DNA of 64,000 nt, from positions 384,001-448,000 of the forward strand of contig CBDEGZ010000003.1 in assembly GCA_965238175.1 (NCBI GenBank), in the 5' to 3' direction. This DNA comes from Gammaproteobacteria bacterium. GTDB taxonomy: Bacteria; Pseudomonadota; Gammaproteobacteria; CAJXQU01. A model generated the notes under the pieces. It saw nothing but the letters and a program-made list of their open reading frames with translations, ran no database searches and was not told the origin of the DNA. This document shows positions 41,619 through 49,293 of this stretch, in pieces (within the stretch, counting starts at the first letter, position 1; every line of letters begins with the position of its first letter). Both the position numbers and the translations under genes were made by a program.

Positions 41619-41728
41619 AAATATATAATTATATATTTATAGATAGATTTCAAGAATATTATCTATCATCATATTTCTACTAAAACACATCATAAAAAAA
41701 ATATTAATTTATATATTTCAATAACTTA
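41617..41728. promoter_or_regulatory. Candidate RtcR operator/UAS and IHF site
   Basis: Perfect 24-bp palindrome ATAAATATATAATTATATATTTAT (41617-41640); GATAGA-N14-TCTATC (41642-41667); IHF-like TTTCAATAACTTA (41716-41728). Confidence 0.5.
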
Positions 41729-41757
41729 AATATAAATTTCCAAGCTTGCAAAAAAGC

Positions 41758-41773
41758 TGGCAGGCCCATTGCA
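41758..41773 (+). promoter_or_regulatory. Sigma54 (-24/-12) promoter of the rtcB operon
   Basis: TGGCAGGCCCATTGCA matches TGGCA-N6-TTGCA, ~67 nt upstream of rtcB. Confidence 0.88.
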
Positions 41774-41840
41774 ATAATCTCTATCGAAAACAATTGAAAC
41801 GAATACTAAATTACTAAACAAGAATAGAAGGAAGATCAAA

Positions 41841-43094
41841 ATGGACCAGCAAAACAACATTAAAAACTCAAGCAACTATGACGTGTTATACGCAAATATT
41901 TCGAGAGTACCGGTTAAGTCATGGACCAAAGGTGTGCCGTTTGATCAGAATTCAAAGGATCAATTATTGAGCCTTTCGCAAATGCCTTTTATCCATAAAT
42001 GGATTGCGGCAATGCCTGATGTTCATGTTGGGAAAGGGGCCACGATAGGAAGCGTCATCCCAACATTTGGTGCGGTTATTCCTGCTGCCGTCGGTGTGGA
42101 TTTAGGTTGCGGAATGATGGCAGCAAAAACGACTCTGACGGCCAATGACCTGCCTGACGATTTAGCTGATATGCGTAGCGCAATTGAAAGTTTGGTTCCA
42201 CATGGTCGCTCTGCTCGACGTCGTGGTGGTCGTGATAAAGGTAGCTGGGGAAATATACCAGATGATGTGGCTGAAGCATGGTCGCCACTAGCTGATGGAT
42301 TTGATCGCCTGGTTGAAAAGCATCCGTTTTTGAAGAATACCAATAACGTCGCGCATTTAGGAACATTGGGAACAGGTAATCACTTTGTAGAGATCTGCCT
42401 GGACGAAAATGAGGATGTCTGGGTGATGTTACATAGCGGATCTCGTGGTGTGGGTAATGCGATTGGAAGACATTTTATCGAAAAAGCACAACGAGATATG
42501 GAACGCTGGTTTATTCATTTGCCTGATCGAGATCTGGCTTATATACCAGAGGGCAGCGAGCAGTTTGGTCACTATATTTCTGCAGTGTCATGGGCACAAG
42601 ATTTTGCCCGCATTAATCGTGAAATAATGATGCAGCGAACATTGCAAGCCATGACTGATGTTTTACCAATAGCATTTACGGCTGATGTAGAAGCGGTGAA
42701 TTGTCACCATAACTACATCCGTAAAGAGAACCACTACGACGAAAACGTGTGGGTCACTCGAAAAGGTGCGGTGAGTGCTCGCAAAGGCGAAATGGGCATT
42801 ATCCCAGGAAGTATGGGTGCGAAATCATTCATCGTTCGAGGGCTTGGAAATGAAGAAAGCTTTTGTAGTTGTAGCCATGGAGCAGGACGTGTGATGTCAC
42901 GTACTCAAGCAAAAAAAGTAGTTTCATTAGCAGAACACGTTCAAGCCACGAAAGGTGTGGAATGCCGTAAAGATGCGAGTGTAATTGATGAAACTCCAGC
43001 AGCGTATAAACCGATTGAACAAGTCATGGAAGCACAAAATGATCTTGTGGAAATAGTACATACCTTAAAGCAGGTCGTGTGCGTAAAAGGATAA
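41841..43094 (+). CDS. rtcB: RNA 3'-phosphate/5'-OH ligase RtcB
   Basis: MPDVHVGKGATIG, VGVDLGCGM, LGTLGTGNHFVE, HSGSRG, HHNY, PGSMG, SHGAGR, DETPAAYK. Confidence 0.97.
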   Translation: MDQQNNIKNSSNYDVLYANISRVPVKSWTKGVPFDQNSKDQLLSLSQMPFIHKWIAAMPDVHVGKGATIGSVIPTFGAVIPAAVGVDLGCGMMAAKTTLTANDLPDDLADMRSAIESLVPHGRSARRRGGRDKGSWGNIPDDVAEAWSPLADGFDRLVEKHPFLKNTNNVAHLGTLGTGNHFVEICLDENEDVWVMLHSGSRGVGNAIGRHFIEKAQRDMERWFIHLPDRDLAYIPEGSEQFGHYISAVSWAQDFARINREIMMQRTLQAMTDVLPIAFTADVEAVNCHHNYIRKENHYDENVWVTRKGAVSARKGEMGIIPGSMGAKSFIVRGLGNEESFCSCSHGAGRVMSRTQAKKVVSLAEHVQATKGVECRKDASVIDETPAAYKPIEQVMEAQNDLVEIVHTLKQVVCVKG

Positions 43095-43203
43095 GCGCGG
43101 AAAGCAGATGCTGGAATGGGCCAGCACCTTTTAGGAAAGAAGAATTCTGTATATTTCTGTTAAAAAAGTAGTTAGGAAAATACAACAAAGAATCTCAATC
43201 TTT

Positions 43204-43271
43204 ACAAACTTGCGGAGCTGGTTTTAACCAGCCTGACACCAGGTTCTTTGAGCCAATGTGTATCGGTTTGT
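43204..43271 (+). ncRNA. Putative small structured RNA element (three-way junction)
   Basis: ACAAACT/GGTTTGT closing stem; inner hairpins GCTGGT-TTTA-ACCAGC and GGTTC-TTT-GAGCC. Confidence 0.4.
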
Positions 43272-43286
43272 GCGGGTTAGATAACT

Positions 43287-43352
43287 ATCGTTATAGCTAA
43301 ATGGTAAAGCGCTGGAAACAGTCATGTGATGGTTCGACTCCATCTAACGATG
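43287..43352 (+). ncRNA. tRNA-like RNA lacking an anticodon loop
   Basis: Acceptor ATCGTTA/TAACGAT; D-arm GCT-AAATGGTAA-AGC; anticodon arm replaced by GCTG-GAAA-CAGT; T-arm GATGG-TTCGACT-CCATC; no encoded CCA. Confidence 0.82.
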
Positions 43353-43354
43353 CT

Positions 43355-43428
43355 ATCACTATAGCTCATATGGTTAGAGCAGTTGACTCAAAATCAATTT
43401 GTAGCCGGTTCGAATCCGGCTAGTGAAC
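43355..43428 (+). tRNA. Atypical tRNA / tRNA-like RNA, anticodon CAA, short variable loop
   Basis: Acceptor (A)TCACTA/TAGTGA(A) with A1:A72 mismatch; D-arm GCTC-ATATGGTTA-GAGC; anticodon arm GTTGA-CTCAAAA-TCAAT; T-arm GCCGG-TTCGAAT-CCGGC. Confidence 0.8.
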
Positions 43429-43484
43429 CGCCGAAAGGCACCAACTTACACATTAAAGTGTATTGAAATAATGTCTGAAAGGAC

Positions 43485-43757
43485 AATGTAAAACGCTCCA
43501 GACAGCAGATCATTTATGAAAAATATTCTAGTTGTTGAAGATTTCACCTTCTTCGGAAGAGGCAGTTCAGAGATAACAAGAGTGGCCTGAATAGGTCTGA
43601 ATAGACTTGAAGCGTCAACATGCAAACGACCTTTGTGGTGGGTTTGTAACTTGCGAATTTATGAGACTTTTCAATAGAGATAATTCTGTTGTCATCGCCA
43701 TAATCATCCCAGGATACATAAACCAACGAGCTAGTTTGTATGTGGAGCGTTTACATT
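43485..43757 (+). ncRNA. Putative ~270-nt multi-stem structured RNA
   Basis: Nested long-range helices 43485-43500/43743-43757, 43501-43509/43685-43693, 43533-43546/43662-43676, plus inner hairpins including a cUUCGg loop. Confidence 0.65.
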
Positions 43758-43774
43758 TTTTAAGGAGAATTAGT

Positions 43775-44938
43775 ATGTTTTTTATGAAAAAAATTATCGT
43801 TCCTGAAACGCATCATGCTTTGTTATTCAAAGACGAGCCGTTCAGTAATGTACTTATGCCAGGTGTTTATAATTTGCTCGACTTAAGAAATCGAATTAGA
43901 TTTTCTCTAGTTGATATTTCTAACACCTTAGAAAATGGTGTAAATGATCAGGCGATGAAAGTTTTAAAACTACATCCTGAAAAAATGAACGCACACGTAC
44001 AAATCTGGGAAACCGGAGAACATGAAGTAGGACTTGCTTATCAAGACAATATCTTGAAAGAAATTAAAGCACCTGCCGAACGTGGCGCTTATTGGACAGG
44101 TTTTGGTGAAGTAACGATCAAAAAAATCGATATTTCTGAAATCTTCAAGCTGGATAAAACACTCGCAAGAATGGTGTTAGCCGCTAAAGACTCCTTGCTT
44201 AAAAACTCAGCAATTAGCGCAGTGACTACGGCTACTATTCCAGAACGTCATTTTGGTTTTTTGGAAGTTGGTGGTGAACAGCACTCTAAGTTAGACGCAG
44301 GTATCCATGTTTGGTGGAAATTCAATCGTAACCTAAAGGTTAAACAGATTGATTTAAGGCTACAAAACATGGAAGTTAATGGACAAGAAATTTTGACCAA
44401 AGACCGTGTTGGTTTGCGTGTTAATTTATCTGCTACCTGGCAAGTCAGTGATGCAAAACGTGTGTCTGCAGAATTAGCAGATCATACTGATTATTTGTAC
44501 CGTGAATTGCAGTTAGCATTGCGTACGATTGTTTCCACTCAAACATTGGATGAGTTGCTTGTCGATAAAAATAAACTGAATCAAAAAATTCAAGAGATTG
44601 TTGTCAGTAAAGCCTCTCAATACGGCATTGAGTTAAAAACGGTTGGTGCAAGAGATATTGTTTTACCCGGTGAAATGAAAACGATTTTGAGCCAAGTTGT
44701 TGAAGCCGAAAAAATGGCTGAAGCAAATTTGATCAAACGTAGAGAAGAAACCCAGGCGACAAGATCATTGCACAACACTGCAAAAGTGATGGAAGGAAAC
44801 CCAACCCTTTTACGTTTGAAAGAACTGGAAGTGCTAGAAAAAATCACATCACAGATCAGTACGCTAAATGTTTATGGTGGCTTGGATGGCGTTATGAACG
44901 ACATGGTTCGTATCCCATCGACAGCTGCTAAGACATGA
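43775..44938 (+). CDS. SPFH/band-7 'slipin' family protein
   Basis: AAGGAG RBS at 43762-43767 then ATG 43775; DLRLQNMEVNGQEILTKDRV, LYRELQLALR, DIVLPGEMK, RREETQATRSLHNTA, NPTLLRLKELE. Confidence 0.9.
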   Translation: MFFMKKIIVPETHHALLFKDEPFSNVLMPGVYNLLDLRNRIRFSLVDISNTLENGVNDQAMKVLKLHPEKMNAHVQIWETGEHEVGLAYQDNILKEIKAPAERGAYWTGFGEVTIKKIDISEIFKLDKTLARMVLAAKDSLLKNSAISAVTTATIPERHFGFLEVGGEQHSKLDAGIHVWWKFNRNLKVKQIDLRLQNMEVNGQEILTKDRVGLRVNLSATWQVSDAKRVSAELADHTDYLYRELQLALRTIVSTQTLDELLVDKNKLNQKIQEIVVSKASQYGIELKTVGARDIVLPGEMKTILSQVVEAEKMAEANLIKRREETQATRSLHNTAKVMEGNPTLLRLKELEVLEKITSQISTLNVYGGLDGVMNDMVRIPSTAAKT

Positions 44939-44947
44939 TGTTTTTTT

Positions 44948-44983
44948 AGAATGGAGTTAAGCACAAAACTTAGCTCCATTTCT
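44948..44983 (+). terminator. Hairpin after the slipin gene (probable terminator)
   Basis: AATGGAGTTAAG-CACAAAA-CTTAGCTCCATT. Confidence 0.65.
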
Positions 44984-45034
44984 CAACTCTCTTTTAATCA
45001 AATCTATAGAAACCAAAATTAAGAAGGTTTGAGT

Positions 45035-45460
45035 ATGAAAAGTAGCAAACAAAGAAGATTGGAAATTAAAGAAAAAAGGAGAAAAAAAGCTGCAAAGTTA
45101 AAAATTAGTACTTTTGAGGTTTGTGATCCTCTTCCTAAAGGGGCTGTCTTATCAAGCTCAATGGAACTCCGCCATAATAATATTTATTGTGTTTTACCAC
45201 TTTTTTATGTCGATAAAGCTTATAGTTGTCAGGACTGTGGTTCAAAAGAATTATGGACAGCTAAACAACAAAAATGGTGGTACGAAATTGCAAAAGGTAA
45301 TATTTATTCTAGCGCAGTAAAATGTTTGAAATGCCGAAAAAAAATAAAACCAGAAAAAGAGACTCAAAAAAACACATGGAAAAAATGGCACTTAAAGAAC
45401 CCCATCCAAATGAGGCTTTTTTTAAGAAACGTTAATTATTTCAGGAAAAAATCAAGATAA
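45035..45460 (+). CDS. Zinc-ribbon domain protein (possible 3' frameshift)
   Basis: CQDCG...WTAKQQKWWYE...CLKC; basic N-terminus. Confidence 0.75.
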   Translation: MKSSKQRRLEIKEKRRKKAAKLKISTFEVCDPLPKGAVLSSSMELRHNNIYCVLPLFYVDKAYSCQDCGSKELWTAKQQKWWYEIAKGNIYSSAVKCLKCRKKIKPEKETQKNTWKKWHLKNPIQMRLFLRNVNYFRKKSR

Positions 45461-45517
45461 TATCGGTTGAAAATTACCAGAAGAATATACCGAAACGACT
45501 ATATCATGAAAATTAGT

Positions 45518-46743
45518 TGTAGAAGTTTAGACCCAATCTGACACATCACTAAATCAAGCGGAGCGTAGCGACGCTTGATTTAGTGAGAGTTACCCGCTTT
45601 GATGTAACTGCAACGTAAACATCAAAACACAAAGAGGTAACTCTCATGATTCATACTAATGACAAAGTTATAAAACATAAAGTTGGTCTACTCAATCTCG
45701 CTGAAGAACTCGGCAATGTCTCAAAAGCCTGCAAGATGATGGGTTTGTCCAGAGATACATTTTATCGCTACAAAGAAGCGGCTGATGAAGGCGGTGTAGA
45801 AGCCTTGTTTGATCGTAATCGGCGTACCCCAAATCTTAAAAACAGAATCGACCCGGCTATTGAAACCGTTGTGCTCGAGTATGCACTGGAAGAGCCCGCA
45901 CATGGTCAAACGCGCACCAGTAACGAGCTGCGCAAACGGGGAACATTTGTCTCACCCAGTGGCGTTCGTTGTATCTGGCTTCGTCATGGTCTTGCTTGCT
46001 TTAAAGATCGCCTGAAGGCATTGTCTGATAAGGTAGCTGGTGAAGGCTTGATCCTCACTGAGTCTCAAGTCGCGGCGATGGAACGCAAAAAAGACGACGA
46101 TGAGGCTTGTGGCGAGATAGAAACGGCACACCCTGGTTATCTTGGCTCGCAAGATACTTACTATGTCGGTACTTTCAAAGGCATTGGTCGGGTTTATCAA
46201 CAAACGTTTGTTGATACTTACAGCAAGGTCGCTCACGCGAAACTGTACCCGACTAAAACACCGATTACGGCAGCTGACATGCTCAATGACCGCGTCCTCC
46301 CATTCTACGAACAACAACGTTTGCCTATGTTGCGCATTTTGACAGATAGAGGGACGGAGTATTGTGGGCGAGCTGACCAGCATGATTATCAGCTTTATAT
46401 GGCGTTGAACAATATCGAACACACCAAAACCAAGGTCAAATCACCTCAGACGAATGGTATTTGTGAGCGATTCCATAAGACGATCCTCAATGAGTTTTAT
46501 CAAGTCGCTTTGCGTAAGAAAATTTACCAATCGATTGATGAACTGCAACTCGACCTTGACGAATGGTTGCTCAAATACAATACTCAACGAACTCACCAAG
46601 GCAAAATGTGCTGCGGGAGGACGCCGATGGAAACACTCATCGACGGACAAGCTATCTGGAAGGAAAAGTTTGTGAATTAAACTTAACCTGACAGTCGGTT
46701 ACTGATAATTGGGTAACTGTCAGATCAAATCTGAATTTCTACA
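45518..46743 (+). mobile_element. IS481-family insertion sequence with 7-bp target duplication AATTAGT
   Basis: TGT...ACA ends; imperfect 26-bp IRs TGTAGAAGTTTAGACCCAATCTGACA / TGTCAGATCAAATCTGAATTTCTACA; AATTAGT at 45511-45517 and 46744-46750. Confidence 0.93.
45646..46680 (+). CDS. IS481-family DDE transposase
   Basis: HTH (LAEELGNVSKACK..G.SRDTFYRY), SQDT, LTDRGTEY, PQTNGICERF. Confidence 0.95.
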   Translation: MIHTNDKVIKHKVGLLNLAEELGNVSKACKMMGLSRDTFYRYKEAADEGGVEALFDRNRRTPNLKNRIDPAIETVVLEYALEEPAHGQTRTSNELRKRGTFVSPSGVRCIWLRHGLACFKDRLKALSDKVAGEGLILTESQVAAMERKKDDDEACGEIETAHPGYLGSQDTYYVGTFKGIGRVYQQTFVDTYSKVAHAKLYPTKTPITAADMLNDRVLPFYEQQRLPMLRILTDRGTEYCGRADQHDYQLYMALNNIEHTKTKVKSPQTNGICERFHKTILNEFYQVALRKKIYQSIDELQLDLDEWLLKYNTQRTHQGKMCCGRTPMETLIDGQAIWKEKFVN

Positions 46744-47114
46744 AATTAGTACCATCAGTACCCACACTCTGTGTATATACCTTGTGAGCTTGGTGCAACA
46801 CCCGAAGCAACCAACGTTGGAGCCAATATCTGCTTCTTGCTCTATGAGCTCGCAAGGCCTGTCTTCTAAACCAGCAAACTTTTTTACCTGTACAAACGTT
46901 TCTTCAGCGATTTCCTCAACAGAATTTATTGCAGCAGGAAAAAACGCTTTGGTGGGCAATACTAAAACTATTTCTTTGAAAAAAGCATCACCACCAAAAT
47001 GTTTCAACTTGAAACTGAAAATCCTCATCCGACAAGATTCGCTTCGATTTAAAAATACCTAACATAAATCCGAATATCTATTCGTGGCACAACTCTTAAA
47101 TTGCAAGTTTTGAA

Positions 47115-47495
47115 TTAATCACCAAGCAATTCAACCATATAACCATCCGGATCTTTTACAAAAGCAATAACCGTTGTTCCACCCTTCATTGGTCCCGCTT
47201 CACGAACAACCTCACCGCCTCGTGCTTTGATTTCTTCTGCGGTTTTATAAACATCATCCACACCTATTGCGATATGGCCATAAGCATTTCCTAAATCATA
47301 ACTTTCTGTTCCCCAATTATGGGTCAATTCTAATACTGTCGACTCCGATTCATCACCATAACCAACAAATGCGAGCGTAAACTCACCTTCGGGGTAATCA
47401 TTTTTACGTAATAATTTCATACCCAGAACACCCGTATAAAACTCCAAAGAGCGATTTAAACTGCCCACTCTTAACATCGTATGTAGCATTCTCAT
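47115..47495 (-). CDS. gloA: Lactoylglutathione lyase (glyoxalase I)
   Basis: [35 protein letters not shown]. Confidence 0.96.
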   Translation of the reverse strand: MRMLHTMLRVGSLNRSLEFYTGVLGMKLLRKNDYPEGEFTLAFVGYGDESESTVLELTHNWGTESYDLGNAYGHIAIGVDDVYKTAEEIKARGGEVVREAGPMKGGTTVIAFVKDPDGYMVELLGD

Positions 47496-47559
47496 CAGCG
47501 CGATCCTGTTTTTTATTTTTAGCCTCTTTTCTAGAGGCTGTTGTGTTGATCTTTTTTGA

Positions 47560-48576
47560 TCAAATATTTTTCTTTACTTTTTTTACGGTATAAATAAAAA
47601 TCGTCATGCTTAATAATAACAGCGCAGCCACGCCATTATGCGCAACAGCAACATGTAGTGGTAACCCCATCGCGATATTTGCGATACCTAAGGTCACTTG
47701 TAATAACAGGAAAAAACCCATTAATAACGCCGCTTTTTGGATTGAACTGTGCTCATTTCTCATTGCTAGCAGAAACAAAATCGATAGCGTGAAAAAAGTG
47801 GCTATGGCACCTATTCGATGCATCATATGAATTGCAGTTCGTGCATCGGTTTTTAAAACACCGAATTCATAATCGATTCCTAAACCTCTCCAAAGCGTAA
47901 AACCTTCCTTAAAATCCATTGCTGGCCACCAGTAGTTTTGGCATGTTGGAAAATCTGGACAAATCAAAGCTGCGTAATTACTGCTTGTCCAACCGCCTAA
48001 AAAAATTTGTATAAAAAGAACAATAAATCCAAATATAGCTAAGGGTAAAAGTACACCTGTTTTACTTTCCGGTGTTGTAATTATTTTTCTCTCACGTGTT
48101 GCTATAACCACCCACGTCAGCAAAACCATTGTCGTCATCCCGCCAAGCAGATGTCCGGTAACAACTAATGGTTTCAATAGCAGGGTTACTGTCCACATTC
48201 CAAGTAGCCCCTGAAAAATGACAAGACCAACTAACACAATTGGAATAATAACCGGCTGATCAGGATCTCGCCGATTACGCCAGGCTAAAAAAGCCATGAT
48301 CAAAATCAAAAAACCCAATGTGCTAGCCAAATATCGATGGATCATTTCTTTCCAAGCTTTTTCTGGCTCTAACTCTCTATGTAACTCATTACTTTCTTCA
48401 TCTCTAAAACTATCATCTATGTGTTCGCTGGTTTCCGGTACCAGCAGATTTCCATAACAACCTGGCCAATCCGGGCAACCAAGACCGGCATCAGACAATC
48501 GGACATAAGCGCCCAACACTATGACACAAAGCACGAGTATTAAAGTAAGCCGAGCAAGCGAGTTAAACGTTTTCAT
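47560..48576 (-). CDS. ctaA: Heme A synthase (COX15/CtaA)
   Basis: [37 protein letters not shown]. Confidence 0.92.
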   Translation of the reverse strand: MKTFNSLARLTLILVLCVIVLGAYVRLSDAGLGCPDWPGCYGNLLVPETSEHIDDSFRDEESNELHRELEPEKAWKEMIHRYLASTLGFLILIMAFLAWRNRRDPDQPVIIPIVLVGLVIFQGLLGMWTVTLLLKPLVVTGHLLGGMTTMVLLTWVVIATRERKIITTPESKTGVLLPLAIFGFIVLFIQIFLGGWTSSNYAALICPDFPTCQNYWWPAMDFKEGFTLWRGLGIDYEFGVLKTDARTAIHMMHRIGAIATFFTLSILFLLAMRNEHSSIQKAALLMGFFLLLQVTLGIANIAMGLPLHVAVAHNGVAALLLLSMTIFIYTVKKVKKNI

Positions 48577-49283
48577 AAAATTTGATCTTTGGTTTTTTCT
48601 AAAGTATTAGTGATTTTTTCTGGTATGTACTGATCTTGTTTCATTTGTTCAATTATTTTTTGATCTATATGGGGAACAAATTGAACCGGAATGCCTAAGT
48701 GTTTTTCTAATGTATCCAAAGTTTCTTCTAATTTTTCATAATCTGCATCTATTTGATTTGCCACACAAGCAATCAAACCCAGACCTTTTTCTTGTATTGC
48801 CTGGGCAGTTAACAAAGCATGATTTATACAGCCAAGCCGTAAACCAACAACCAGAATCACCGGAAGCCCAAGTACAACAGCTAGATCAGACATATACCGA
48901 TCATCACTGATTGGAACTTGCCAACCACCAACTCCTTCCACCAAAACAAAATCAGTGCTATCCGAGATAACAGAAAATTTTTCAAGAATAGTATCAAGAT
49001 CAATTTTCTGATCAAGATCTTTAGCAGCAAAATGTGGAGATACAGATGGCTGAAACGCATACGGGTTGATCAAACCATAATCTAGCTCAAGATTTGACTG
49101 CTGCATGATCAAATCCGCATCTTCATTTCTCAAACCTTGGCTGGTTTTATAACAACCACTTGCGATAGGTTTCATACCTACAGTATTCAAACCAGAACTG
49201 GACAATAACTTGATCAAACTCGCCGTGATGATTGTTTTACCAACACCCGTATCCGTACCCGTAATAAAATAGCCCTTAGTCAT
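48573..49283 (-). CDS. bioD: Dethiobiotin synthase
   Basis: FITGTDTGVGKT, KPIASG, VEGVGG, LGCINHALLT. Confidence 0.96.
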   Translation of the reverse strand: MTKGYFITGTDTGVGKTIITASLIKLLSSSGLNTVGMKPIASGCYKTSQGLRNEDADLIMQQSNLELDYGLINPYAFQPSVSPHFAAKDLDQKIDLDTILEKFSVISDSTDFVLVEGVGGWQVPISDDRYMSDLAVVLGLPVILVVGLRLGCINHALLTAQAIQEKGLGLIACVANQIDADYEKLEETLDTLEKHLGIPVQFVPHIDQKIIEQMKQDQYIPEKITNTLEKTKDQIL

Positions 49284-49293
49284 ATTTCAAACT

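Noticed and set aside
43204-43271. Hammerhead or other self-cleaving ribozyme
   Set aside because: CTGA is present, but the CUGAnGA...GAAA core is not correctly placed; no ribozyme consensus could be fitted by eye.
43355-43428. Calling this a normal tRNA-Leu(CAA)
   Set aside because: It has no long variable arm, a mismatched 1:72 pair, a C discriminator and no adjacent CCA.
43607-43774. 56-codon N-terminal extension of the slipin ORF in the ORF track
   Set aside because: A strong AAGGAG RBS precedes ATG 43775; the extension overlaps the structured RNA and does not look like SPFH sequence.
46681-46691. ACTTAACCTGA in the IS481 right end, matching the left half of the IS1111 target
   Set aside because: The following bases (CAGT) do not match the second guide (GCTC); probably coincidental.
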